A stretch of 64,000 nt of DNA from positions 15,817-79,816 of the IMG/VR virus record IMGVR_UViG_3300046615_000768. One strand, given 5' to 3'. The DNA comes from a virus (lineage: Duplodnaviria > Caudoviricetes). The notes below the pieces were generated by a model that saw only the letters and a list, made by a program, of their open reading frames with translations, made no database searches and was not told the DNA's origin. This document shows positions 36,469 through 48,200 of the stretch, piece after piece; positions within the stretch are counted from its first letter, which is position 1; every line of letters begins with the position of its first letter. The position numbers and the translations under genes were made by a program.

Positions 36469-39400
36469 ATGACGACTTCCAACAAGTGGCGACTGCTGAT
36501 CACGGCGAACGCTGGCTATTCCGGCCAGCTGTGCATCGGCGACTGGCAGTTGCGCACGACTCCCGGCGTTGCCCGCCCGTTTGTCCAGCAGTCGATGACG
36601 GCTTCTGTGAACGACGGCGGCGCCGCGTCCCTGCTGGGCGCGGCCAGCCTTACCGAACACATCAGCACCTACACCACGGGCGACATGGTCGCCCTGACGC
36701 TGCCATTTAACATCAACGTCGGCGGCCTGGTGACGAACCAGGTCGTCGTCAACAGCTACGGCATGGTCTCGTTCGGCCATGACGGCACCTCCTACGGCTA
36801 CGAAGACTGGCTCGACGAGGGCAATGCGATCCCGTACCCGTTCATCGCGCACGGCATGGGGCAGGGCTATGGCGGCAGCGCCTTCCAGCACCTGTACGCC
36901 GGCGCCGAGAACAGCGGCAGCACCTACCGCATCCGCCTCGAAATGTTCGCCGGCTGGGAGGACCCGGGCGACGGCACCGTCAATACCGTCTGGGAAGTGA
37001 CGTTCGACTCGGCCCAGCCCGACCGCATGCGCATCGACTTCGGCACCAGCGGCTACGCCGCCATTACCGACGGCGGCGGCGTCATGGCGTGCGTCGGCGA
37101 TGGCGTCAACATTGCCCTGGTTGCGCAGTTCCCGAGCGTCGTCAACAAGCAGTACACCCTCATCACCGGCGAGATCCCGGCCGACGGCGTCGTCGCTGCC
37201 TCCTCGGCCGACTCGTTCAACCCGCCAAGCGGCGCGATTGACGGCGTGGACTACACGTCCTGGGTCGCCAACATGACGCCCTCCGTCGGCACGCCCGGCT
37301 GGATCGAATACACCTTCACTTCGCCGCAGACGATCGCCGAATACACCATCGCCGCGCCGTCTTCCTACTACAGCAACCCGCTCGACTCGCTCCCGAAGGA
37401 CTGGACGCTCCAGTATTGGGACGGCAGCGCGTGGCAGGTGCAGGACACGCAAACGAACCAGACCGGCTGGTCCTACGACCAGGTGCGCACCTTCGCGGCC
37501 CTCCCGCCCAGCAACGACGGCGACGTGCTGCTGCCCCTGATGTCGCTCAGCGCGATCATTGCCGCGCCCGACGCCATCATCGGCGACAACATGACGACGC
37601 AGCCGCTGTCGCTCAGCGGCACACTCGCGCGCGCCCACGACGGCCAGGTCAACCTCGGCAATCCCCTGAACCTCGGCCCGCTCTATAACGCCACCCCGTT
37701 CACGCTTGCGGCCGTCGGCGAACGCGGCGCGCTCCTCACTGGCGAAGCGACGTTCGAGGAACTGCTGCTCGAAGGCTCGCTGGAACCGGCGCTGCCCCTG
37801 CCGGGCCTGACGCTGGCCGCCCAAGGCGTCGCCGGCACGGTCGCCACGGCCAGCATCACCCTGTCGTTCCCATCGCTCGAAGCCGTCACCCTCGACCCGA
37901 TCACCCTGTCCGCGCTGGGCGTGGCCGCCACCGGCGTGGCCGGCACCGTCGGCACCGTCGCACTTGGCCTGCCGTACCTCGACGCCGCCGGCACCTTCCT
38001 CACCGGCACGGCCGCCGCGGGCGATGTGCGCGTCGGCCCGTTCGTCGTCGATGCCTCCTTCGGCACCGCCGGCGATATCTCCCTCGCACAGCTGGGTATT
38101 GCCGCCACCGCCGTGACCGGCACCGCAGCCGACGCCTCGATCCTCTTCAACCGCGCGACCCTCGACGCCTCCGGCCTGTCCGACCAGCTGCCAACCGCCG
38201 GCGAAGCGATCCTGCTGCCGCTGGACGCGGCCGGGACCATGCTCGCCGGCCAGATCGGCCAGGGCGCCGCCAACCTGCTCGCGCCGACACTGGCAGCGAT
38301 CGGGCAGGGCGATGCGGTCCTCGACGGCGCGCTCCTGTTCGATCCGCTGCTGCTGGCCGGTTCCGGCCTGGCGGGCCCGGTCGCCAACGGCGCACTGACG
38401 CTCTCGCCGTGGACTGTTGCCGCCACCGGCAGCGCGCCCCTGCCTGACAACAATGGCGCCGGCGCCGCGCTCTTCGGCACCCTGCAAGGCGCGGGCGTCC
38501 TGCTCGCCGGGCGAATCGCCGACGGTGCTGTCACGCTCGCGGCGCCGATCCTGCTGGCAACCCTCGTCGGCGACCAGATTGCCGACGGGGCACTGGCCCT
38601 GCGCGCGCCGAGCCTCGCCGCCACTGCCACCAACAACCCGGCCGGCGTGGCCCCGGGCGAAGCGAGCGGCGCGCTGTCCCTGCCGGATCTGACCCTTGCC
38701 GCGACCGCCACGACCGGCACGCTGGCCAGCGGCGACGGCCTGCTGCCGCGCCTGCAGGTCGACGCCGACCTGCTGGGCGAACGCATCGGCACCGGCGCCG
38801 TCGCTATGTCTGCCCTGCTGGCCGACGCCCGCATGGTCGAATCGGCCGCCGCACCCGCCACCGGCAGCGCAGCTTTCCCCGTCCTGCAAGCTGCGGCCGC
38901 CATGTTCGGCGACACCACGGCCGACGCCAGCCTGCCGCTGCCGCGCCTGGGCGTGTCTGGGACCATGCCGCCCGAACTGATCGGCGCCGCCAACGCAGCC
39001 CTGCCGGTCCTGCTGGTCGACGCGCGCATGATCGAATCGGCCGCCGCGCCTGCCAACGGCGCCGCGAACTGGTCCATCTGGCAGATCGCAGCCACCATGC
39101 ACGGCGGCACCATCGCCGACGGCAACCTGCCGTTGCCGCGCTTCGGCGTGCTTGGGACCATGCCGCCCGAGCTGATCGGCGACGCGAACTTGGCCCTGCC
39201 GGCCCTGCACCTGGCCGGCGCCCTGATCGAGAGCGCCGCCGCACCGGCCGACGCCGGAGCAACCCTGCCGGCCTTCCAGCTGGCCGCGACCCTGGCCGCC
39301 GGCGGCATGGTCGACGGCGCCGCGCTGCTGCGCGCGCCCGTCGTTGCCGCCGAAGCCTACGCCAGCACCGAGGCGAGCGCGGACCTGCGCCTGCCACAGC

Positions 39401-40212
39401 CGGGCCTTGCAGCCTTTGCCACGGCCGACAGTGTGACCCACGGCGCCGTGTCCCTGCGGCAGCTCGAAGCCGACGGCAACCTGACCGCCACCATCGAGGG
39501 CGCGGCGACACTGCGCCAACTCGACCTTGTCGCATTCGGCAACGCTGCCGCCGTCATCCATGGCGACGTGCAGCTGGTGGCGATCGAAACAAGCGCCGCC
39601 GCCGTGCCTGGCAACATCGCCATGGCGTCGATCACGGTCCCGCTGCTGCACGTCGACGCCGACGGCTACCTCGACACGGTCGGCACGGCCACCGTCGCGC
39701 TGCCGCTGTTGGCCATGGAGGGTGTGGGCATCGCCTCCGTGCCGGCGCCCGTGTTCACCGCCGTGGCCGTCAATACGCGCAACCAGGCCGCCACGACCTA
39801 CGAAGGGCTGGGCTTCAACAGCGTCACCAGCTTCAACGGCATGGTCCTGGCCGCCACTGCCGACGGCATCGTGGCCCTTGCCGGCGACACCGACCAGGGC
39901 GCGCCGATCGCGGCGATGCTCGCCTCGGGCGTGACCAGCATGGACAGCGAGCAGATGAAACGCGTCCTGTGCGGCTACGCCGGCTACAGCGCGACGGGCA
40001 ACCTTGAACTGACCCTGATCACCGATACCCACCACGAATACGTCTATGCGCTCGTGCCGGAACAGGTCGGCCAGCTGCACGCCGCGCGCGTGAAGTTCGG
40101 CCGCGGCGTTGAGGGCCGCTACTGGCAGTGGAAGCTGGCCAACAAGGCCGGCGCCCACTTCGCCCTGGACAAGCTGACGCTGGACGTATCCCCCCTGTCG
40201 AGACGTACATGA
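36469..40212 (+). CDS. Long tail fibre-like protein with discoidin (F5/8)-like domain and Ala/Leu repeats
   Basis: WI.Y.F..P.TI..Y.I...PKDW.LQYWDG.AW..D domain; about 20-25-aa ladder repeats; conserved C-terminus. Confidence 0.65.
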   Translation: MTTSNKWRLLITANAGYSGQLCIGDWQLRTTPGVARPFVQQSMTASVNDGGAASLLGAASLTEHISTYTTGDMVALTLPFNINVGGLVTNQVVVNSYGMVSFGHDGTSYGYEDWLDEGNAIPYPFIAHGMGQGYGGSAFQHLYAGAENSGSTYRIRLEMFAGWEDPGDGTVNTVWEVTFDSAQPDRMRIDFGTSGYAAITDGGGVMACVGDGVNIALVAQFPSVVNKQYTLITGEIPADGVVAASSADSFNPPSGAIDGVDYTSWVANMTPSVGTPGWIEYTFTSPQTIAEYTIAAPSSYYSNPLDSLPKDWTLQYWDGSAWQVQDTQTNQTGWSYDQVRTFAALPPSNDGDVLLPLMSLSAIIAAPDAIIGDNMTTQPLSLSGTLARAHDGQVNLGNPLNLGPLYNATPFTLAAVGERGALLTGEATFEELLLEGSLEPALPLPGLTLAAQGVAGTVATASITLSFPSLEAVTLDPITLSALGVAATGVAGTVGTVALGLPYLDAAGTFLTGTAAAGDVRVGPFVVDASFGTAGDISLAQLGIAATAVTGTAADASILFNRATLDASGLSDQLPTAGEAILLPLDAAGTMLAGQIGQGAANLLAPTLAAIGQGDAVLDGALLFDPLLLAGSGLAGPVANGALTLSPWTVAATGSAPLPDNNGAGAALFGTLQGAGVLLAGRIADGAVTLAAPILLATLVGDQIADGALALRAPSLAATATNNPAGVAPGEASGALSLPDLTLAATATTGTLASGDGLLPRLQVDADLLGERIGTGAVAMSALLADARMVESAAAPATGSAAFPVLQAAAAMFGDTTADASLPLPRLGVSGTMPPELIGAANAALPVLLVDARMIESAAAPANGAANWSIWQIAATMHGGTIADGNLPLPRFGVLGTMPPELIGDANLALPALHLAGALIESAAAPADAGATLPAFQLAATLAAGGMVDGAALLRAPVVAAEAYASTEASADLRLPQPGLAAFATADSVTHGAVSLRQLEADGNLTATIEGAATLRQLDLVAFGNAAAVIHGDVQLVAIETSAAAVPGNIAMASITVPLLHVDADGYLDTVGTATVALPLLAMEGVGIASVPAPVFTAVAVNTRNQAATTYEGLGFNSVTSFNGMVLAATADGIVALAGDTDQGAPIAAMLASGVTSMDSEQMKRVLCGYAGYSATGNLELTLITDTHHEYVYALVPEQVGQLHAARVKFGRGVEGRYWQWKLANKAGAHFALDKLTLDVSPLSRRT

Positions 40213-42206
40213 GCGACCGCAACGACGACGACCTGGTCTACAACGAGTCCATCGCCACCGGCCCGGTGCGCATGCAGCTCTACGGCGACGAAGCGCTCGC
40301 CGAGAGCCACATGCGCAACGCCCGCGCTGTGCTGGGCAAGATGAAGACGGCCTATGGCGTCAACGAACGCATGGCAGCCGGCGAACCCGGCGGCTACTTC
40401 CGCACCCAGCGCATCATGGCCGATGGCACCCGCATCGAAGCGTTCACAAACGATGGGCTCGACAGCGTGCGGATCACCGCGCCGGTCAAGCGCGAAGTCG
40501 TCGCGCCCATCCCCGAGCCACAGGGCGAATCGACCGACTTCACCCCGACGCCGGTTGACTTCGAGTACGAGCCCGAGTGGCCCGAGAAGAGCGAGAAGAA
40601 GGGCAAGCCGCCAGTGCTTGAATTCACGCCCTACCTCTGGATCGGCGTGCGCATCGTCTCGGGCAGCGACCCGCTGGAGTCCGACGAGATCAAGTACCCA
40701 CAGAAGTGGGCCCAGCAGCTGCATGTGTGCGTGTGGGAGCCCACGCCGCCGGATGAAGACCCCGTCATCCTCTCGAACCGCAACGACTTCGAGCCGCTCG
40801 TCACGCCCCCGCTCCAGCATCTGGAAGACAAAGAGGTCTATCCGCTCCAGCACTGGAAGCAGTTCATTCCGTCCGACTTCGAGGACCCGCGCAAGGAAGA
40901 ACGCGCCAACCAGGACTTCGACAAGCCGCTGCCGACGGCGATCGCCTACACCGACCGCAAGCTGGTCATGATCCAGCCGGACAACGTCTATGACGTGGAA
41001 ATGCGCGTGCCCAACTACGACCCAAGGCACGACCCGGACGTGAAGTGGGACATCATGTTCATTTCCGACCCGGACAACGACCTGAAGCTGGCCGACACGG
41101 CCGACCCGACCGTCACCATGGAAGCCGACTACAGCGGCGGCGAGTACCTGATCAAGGTCATGTGTGTCGGCCCCGACTGCCACCAGCTCGCTCCGGTCGA
41201 GGTGGAAATCATGATCATCATCGGCAAGGACCACGAAGAGATCCGGGACTCGAAGCGCTTCACGATCCAGGAGCACACGAACTACCGCATGGGCATCATG
41301 CCGCTGGGCTGGTTCAAGGAAAAGCAGCCGGCGCCGGATCACCCGTGCGACGAGTGCAACTACCGCGCCCAGGATTACGGACCCAACCCGCACGCCGACC
41401 ACTGGTGGCAGGGCATGGCCGTGGCCACCGTGCCGCCCATCCAGCGAGAAGTGTCCCAGGAGGAGTATTTCCCGCCCGTCATTTCGTTCAGCAAGGATGG
41501 CGTAGTCGAGTACCCCGAACCAGGCTTCTTCGAGCCGGCCGCCTTCCATGACCGCGCCGCGATCTGCCCCGGTTGCAACATCACCAGCGTGCGCTATTTC
41601 CAGGATGCGTTCCAGACCGCACAGATCTGGTGGGAGATGCAGCCCAACGATGCGTGCGACTACAACACGCACGTCCTCGGCGACTTTTTCGACTCGAAAC
41701 ACTATGTCACGGTCAAAAAGATCAACTACGAAGTCGGCGGCTCGAAGCCCTACGAGACGATGGACGGCTACACCTTCAGCATGCCGGAGGGTGGGGACGC
41801 CGCGCCGATTGTCGACGAATACACGTTCGCGTGGACGGACGGCATTGGCGGCCGCTGCGTCGGCAAGGACCACGACCCCTGGTATGCCGATGTCAACTAT
41901 ACCGAGCTGGGCGAGCTGCTGTTCAACGACACGGTGGCCTTCATCGCCAGGATGGAACAGCATTTCGGTGGTCCGCCGGAACGAACGATGGCCTATTCCA
42001 GCTGGACCATCACAACGGAAACCTACGCGAACGGGGATTCCAGCGGAGAAAGAAAGTCGTACATCAGCCTGGGCGAATTCATCGGCGGGCCGTTCAATGT
42101 GCACAACAACCCGGATGCAAAGGGTTACGACATTTGCAGCAAGAGCGAGCGCTGGACCTGGAGCGTGCTCGACATCGACAACCTCCCTCCAAATCATCAG
42201 AAGTAA
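40209..42206 (+). CDS. Hypothetical tail-associated protein
   Basis: ATGA overlap at 40209; typical codon usage. Confidence 0.6.
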   Translation: MSDRNDDDLVYNESIATGPVRMQLYGDEALAESHMRNARAVLGKMKTAYGVNERMAAGEPGGYFRTQRIMADGTRIEAFTNDGLDSVRITAPVKREVVAPIPEPQGESTDFTPTPVDFEYEPEWPEKSEKKGKPPVLEFTPYLWIGVRIVSGSDPLESDEIKYPQKWAQQLHVCVWEPTPPDEDPVILSNRNDFEPLVTPPLQHLEDKEVYPLQHWKQFIPSDFEDPRKEERANQDFDKPLPTAIAYTDRKLVMIQPDNVYDVEMRVPNYDPRHDPDVKWDIMFISDPDNDLKLADTADPTVTMEADYSGGEYLIKVMCVGPDCHQLAPVEVEIMIIIGKDHEEIRDSKRFTIQEHTNYRMGIMPLGWFKEKQPAPDHPCDECNYRAQDYGPNPHADHWWQGMAVATVPPIQREVSQEEYFPPVISFSKDGVVEYPEPGFFEPAAFHDRAAICPGCNITSVRYFQDAFQTAQIWWEMQPNDACDYNTHVLGDFFDSKHYVTVKKINYEVGGSKPYETMDGYTFSMPEGGDAAPIVDEYTFAWTDGIGGRCVGKDHDPWYADVNYTELGELLFNDTVAFIARMEQHFGGPPERTMAYSSWTITTETYANGDSSGERKSYISLGEFIGGPFNVHNNPDAKGYDICSKSERWTWSVLDIDNLPPNHQK

Positions 42207-42230
42207 TTCACCTTTCTCTCGGAGTTCACT

Positions 42231-45200
42231 ATGGCTGGACGTATCGGCGGCGGTTTTACGCCTGTAGGACCCGTCGCGCCTGCGACGGCGGCCGGCCCGG
42301 CACCCGGAGCCGATCCCGCGCGGCCGGCCGATCCCGCGCGGCCGGCCGATGCCGCGAAGCCGGCCGAACCCGCAACTGCGGTCGACCAGGCGCCCTGGAT
42401 CGAAGGACGTGCCACCGGCGTCGTCGAGGGCTACATGTCCAGCTCGCAGTCGCTGGCAGAGGAGGCTCACCGCGAAGCCATGAGGGCGATCACGGAGCTG
42501 GGCATGTTCCAGGCGAACCTGCCGTTCCTCGGCATGCCGAACATTCCGATCCCGGAGGTGCCGCTCGAACCGCTGGGCCAGGCCCCGGTCGAGCCGGATA
42601 ACCTGGTCGCGGCCTTCCCGAGCGCGCCGACCGCGCCGCAGATCGGCACGCTGCCAGCGATCGAGGTCGGCCCTGCGCCCGAGTTCAACGTCGCCACCCC
42701 GTTCCTGCTCGATATCCCGCTGCCGGACCCGCTCGCCGCCGTCCCGCCGACCGCGCCAGTGCTGACGCCCGTGCCGGTGCCGTCCGCGCTGACCGCCACC
42801 GTCCCGACCGCGCCGACCCTGGCCGACGTGCCCGCACCCGACGCCTTCACCGCCCAGGTGCCCGACAGCCCCGTCATCACCGCCCCGGACATGCCGACGC
42901 CGCTGTCGGCCAACCTGCCGGGCGCACCGAGCCTGTCGCAGCTGCAGGCACCGTCGAACCTGTCCGTCAGCGCGCCGGCCGCACCGCAGATCAACGTCGT
43001 GCCGGTCCCGGGCGCACTCGACGCGACCCTGCCGGCCGCCCCGACGCTGGCCGCGCTCGACGCGCCGTCGCCGCTGGCCAGCACGCTCCCGAGCGCGCCG
43101 CAGCGTAACGTCGTGCCGGTCCCGGGCGCCCTCGCCGCCGAAGCCCCGGGCGCGCTCACGCTCAACGAAGTGCCGGTGCCGGCGCCGCTCACGGCCACCG
43201 CGCCGCAAGCGCCGACCCTGAACGCGATCGTCGTGCCAGATCCACTGGCCGCGACCCTGCCATCCGTTCCAACGCTGTCCGAACTCGTCCAACCGAGTCC
43301 ACTCGACGCCCAGCTGCCAGTCGCCCCGGACCAGACCGCCGTCGCCGTGCCGCAGCCCTTGCAGGCAAGCGCGCCACTCGTGCCAAACCTGGTCGAGCCG
43401 GACCGCCCGGCGCCGCTGGCCGCCGTCCTGCCGCAGGCGCCGCAACTGACGCCGGTGGACGTGCCGGCCGCGTTCGACGCGAGTCTGCCGGGCCTGCCGG
43501 TCCTGAACGACCCGAGCGCACCGAGCCCGCTGGCCATCGACGCGCCGCTGCCGCCGCAGCTGTCGGCGATCGCCGCGCCGTCGTCGCTGGCCGTGAACCT
43601 GCCGGGCGCGCCCGTGCTCGACCAGTTCGCCGTCCCGGCCGCGCTGGCCGTCGACGCCCCGGCCGCTCCCGAGCTGGCCACGATCGCCGCGCCGGCACCG
43701 CTCAACGCCACGCTGCCGGGCGCGCCGACGCTGAGTCAGTTCGCCGTCCCGACGCCGTTCGACACCCCCGCCCCGGTCGCGCCGGAGCTGGCCGTCATCG
43801 CGGTGCCCGGTGCGATCACGACCGCGCTGCCGGACGCGCCGGTCCTCGACCAGTTCGCCGCGCCGGCCGCGCTCGCTCTTGACGCGCCGGTCGCGCCCGA
43901 GCTGGCCACGCCAGCCGTCCCGGCGCCGCTCGACGCCACCGTGCCAGGCGCGCCGACCCTGAGCCAGTTCGCGGTCCCGACGCCTTTTGACACCGCCGCC
44001 CCGGTCGCACCCGAGCTTTCCGTCATCGCCGTACCCGGCGCACTCACGACTGCGCTGCCGGACGCGCCGCTCTTGGCCGAGATCCCGGCGCCGTCGCCGT
44101 TCGACCTGGCCCCGCCCGAAGTGCCGCAGCTGGCGGCGATCGCCGTCCCCGCGCCGCTCGACGCGACCCTGCCGACGGCCCCCGTCGTCAACGAGATCGA
44201 GACCCCGGCGCCGCTCGACGCCGCGCTGCCGGCCGCGCCACAGCTGGCCGATGTCGTCCTGCCGCTCGAACCGGACTTCGTGTTCCCGAGCGTGCCGACC
44301 ATGGCCGGCCTGAACCTGCCGGACGTGCCGATCCTCGACCTGCCGCTCTACAACGACACCCTGCGCGCCGGCCCCGACGCGCCTGACACGAACTTCACCT
44401 GGGCCGAGGTCGAGTACAACACCACGCTGCTCGGCACAATGAACAGCCGCCTGGTCGAACTGGTCAACGGCGCGACCACCGGCCTCGATCCGGTCGTCGA
44501 GCAGGCCATCTGGAACCGCGGGCGCGACCGCCAGGCATTGATCACCCAGCGCGGCGTCGAGGAGGCAACGCGCCTGTTCGCCGGGCGCGGCTTCAAGATC
44601 CCGGGCGGCACGCTGGTGCGCATCGTGCAGCAGGCCGTGCAGGAAGGCATGAACGCCGACAGCGATCTCTCGCGCGACGTGATGATCAAACAGGCCGAAC
44701 TTGAACAGGCGAATTTCCAGTTTGCATTTAACCTGGCAATGCAGCTTGAGTCGCGTTTGATCGAACACTACAATTCTGTGCAGACTCGTTCGCTCGACGC
44801 CGCCAAGTTCACTGTCGCGTCCGCGATCGACCTCTTCAACGCACGCATTTCTCTCTTCCAGGCCGATGTGCAGGCCTTCTCGGCCAAGGCCGAAGTGTTC
44901 AAGACCAGGCTCCAGGCTGCGCTCGCGCAGCTGGATATCTATAAAGCAGAACTGGAAGGGCAGAAACTGATCGGTGAGATCAATTCCCAGGCCGTTGCCG
45001 TGTACACCGCGCAAATCGACGCGGTTAAATCCATGGCCGACGTGTACCGCACCCGTGTGGACGCGGTGAAGGTACGAATTGAGGCCGATGCTTCCAAAGT
45101 GGAAATGTACCGCGCCCAGCTGGCCGGGTTCGAGTCGCAGGTGCGCGCCAAGTCCTCCGAGTACGAGGGCTACGCCACCCGCGTAAAAGCCGAGCTGACG

Positions 45201-48200
45201 AAGGTGGAAATGTTCTCGGCCCAGCTGGCCGGCTACGACAGCCAGGTCAAGGCCAAGTCCTCCGAGTACGAGGGCTACAAACACCAGGTGGACGCGCAGA
45301 ACATCAAGGGCGACCTGTACAAGTCGCAGATGATGGGCTTCGATTCCATGGTGAAAGCCAAAGGCCAGGAATTCGAGAACTACGCCAACCTGTCCAGGAA
45401 CGAACTGAACAAGGTCGAAGCCTACCGGGCCGAGCTGCTCGGCTTCGATTCGGCGGTGAAAGCCAAGGGGCAGGAATACGCCAACTACGAAGCGCAGACG
45501 CGCGCCGAAGGCATCAAGGCCGATCTCTACCGCGCCGACGTGGCCGGCTTCGAGGCGCAGGTGCGGGCGAAGGGGCAGGAGTACGAGAATTACGCCAACC
45601 TGACCCGTGCCGAGCTGAACAAGGTGGAGGCCTTCCGTGCCGAACTGCTCGGGTTCGACTCCCTGGTCAAGGCCAAAGGGCAGGAATACACGAACTACGA
45701 GGCGCAGGCCCGTGCCGAGCTGACCAAGGTCGAGGCCTACCGCGCCGCGGTGTCCGCGTTCGAGGCGCAAGTGCGCGCCAAAGGGCAGGAATACGAGAAC
45801 TTCAACATTCTGTCCAAGACCGAGCTGAACAAGCTCGAAGTCTACCGTGCCGAACTGCTCGGGTACGACTCGGCGGTCAAGGCGAAGGGCCAGGAAGTGG
45901 CGACCTACGAGGCGCAAACCCGCGCCGAGTCCGTCAAGGCCGACCTGTACCGCGCCGACGTGGCCGGCTTCGAGGCGCAGGTCCGTGCGAAGGGCCAGGA
46001 GTACGAGAACTACGCCAACTTGTCGAAAAACGAACTGAACAAGATCGAGGCGTTCCGCGCCGAACTGCTCGGTTTCGATTCGCTGGTCAAGGCCAAGGGC
46101 CAGGAGTACCAGAACTATGAAGCGCAAACGCGCGCCGAGCTGACGAAAGTCGAGGCCTTCCGCGCTGCCGTGGCCGCGTTCGAGGCACAGGTCCGCGCCA
46201 AGGGACAGGAGTACGAGAATTTCAATATCCTGTCCAAGACCGAACTGAACAAGCTGGAGGTCTACCGCGCCGAGCTGCTGGGCGTCGATTCCGTCATCAA
46301 GGCGCACGGCCAGGAAGTGGCGAGCTACGAGGCGCAGACCCGCGCCGAGGGCGTCAAAGCCGACCTGTACCGGGCCGAAGTGGCCGGCTACGAGGCCACC
46401 GTGCGCGCCAAGGGACAGGAATACGAGAATTTTGCGACCCTGTCCAAGAACGAGCTGAACAAGGTCGAGGTGTTCCGCGCCGCGCTGCTCGGGTTCGATT
46501 CGCTCGTGAAAGCGAAAGGGCAGGAGTACCAGAACTACGAGGCGCAGGCGCGCGCCCAGGCCGTCAACGCCGACTTCTACCGGGCCGAGATCGCCGGCTT
46601 CGAGGCGCAGGTCGCGGCCAAGCGCGCCGAGTACGAGCACTACACCCAGCAGGCGACCGTGGACGCCCGCAAGGTCGACCTGTACCGGGCCGAGATTGCC
46701 GGCTTCGAGGCGCAGATCCGCGCCAAGGAATCGGAATACGCCGCCTATAAAGCGCAGGTCGACGCGCAGATGGTCATGGCCGAAATCTACAAGGCCAGCC
46801 TGGCCGGTTTCGACAGCCAGGTGCGCGCGAAGATCGCCGAGTTCGACAATTTTAAAACCCTCTCGCAGGTGCAGCTGAACATCGTCGAGGTCTACAAGGC
46901 CGAGCTGGTGGGTTACGAGGCGCAGGTCAAGGCGAAGGGCCAGGAATACCAGAACTACGAGGCGCAAACGCGGGCCGAAGGCATCAAGGCCGACCTGTTC
47001 CGCGCGGAAGTGGCCGGGTTCGATTCGCAGGTGGGCGCCAAGCGGGCCGAGTACGAAAATTACTCGCAGCAGGTGCGCGCCGAATTGAACAAGGTCGAGG
47101 CCTACCGCGCCATGCTGTCGGGCTTCGAGGCGCAGATCAAGGCCAAGGAGGTCGAGTTCAGCGGTTACGAGGCGCAGAACCGCGCGCAGACGGTCGACGC
47201 CGAGATTTACAAGGCGCAGATCAGCGGCTTCGACGCCGAAGTGCGCGCCAAGTCGGCCGAATACGAGCAGTTCGCCACCCTGTCGAAGACCCAGCTCAAC
47301 GAGATCGAGGTCTACCGCGCCCAGCTGCTCGGGTTCGACTCGCAGGTGAAAGCCAAGGGCCAGGAATACGGCAACTACGAGGCACAGGCACGGGCGGAAG
47401 CGGTCAAGGCCGATATCTACCGGGCCGAAATCGCCGGTTTCGAGGCGCAGGTGAAGGCCAAGAGCGCCGAGTTCGAGAACTTCGCCACCCTGACGCGCGC
47501 CGAGCTGAACAAGATCGAGGCCTTCAAGGCCGAACTGCTCGGTTTCGACAGCCAGGTCCGTGCCAAGGGGCAGGAATACGCGCACTACGAGGTCCAGTAC
47601 AAGGGCGAGGCCCTGAAAGCGGAAGTGTTCCGCAACCAGCTGGCCGGCTTCGAGACGATGGTGCGCGCCAAGGCCGCCGAGTACGAGGCCTACCGCTCGC
47701 GCATCCAGGCCGAACTGTCCAAGATCGAGGTCTACAAGGGCCAGCTGATGGGCTTCGAGGCCCAGGTCAAGGCGAAGGATTCCGAGTTCAGCAACTACGA
47801 ACAGCGCGTGCGCGCCGAACTGGTTCACTCGGAAATCTACCGCAACCAGCTGCTCGGCTTCGATTCTCTGGTCAAGGCCAAGGCGACCGAATACGAGGCC
47901 TACGGCACGCGCGTCAAAGCCGAGGCGATCAAGGTCGACATGTTCGGGCAGGAGGTTGGCGCGTTCAAGTCGCGCACCGACGCCTACGGCATGCTGGTCA
48001 ACGCCAAGCTCGGCCAGGCCAACCTGAACTTCAAGCAGAGCGCGGAATATCCGCTCGAAGTGTTCAAGAGCCAGGTGCAGGGCTACCAGTCCGGCGTGGC
48101 GGCCGAGGCCGAACGATTGCGCGCCAATGCCACGCTCTTCGATACGAGGGTGAAGGCCTACGCCGCGACCGAGAACACGCACAACGAACATACCCGTGCG

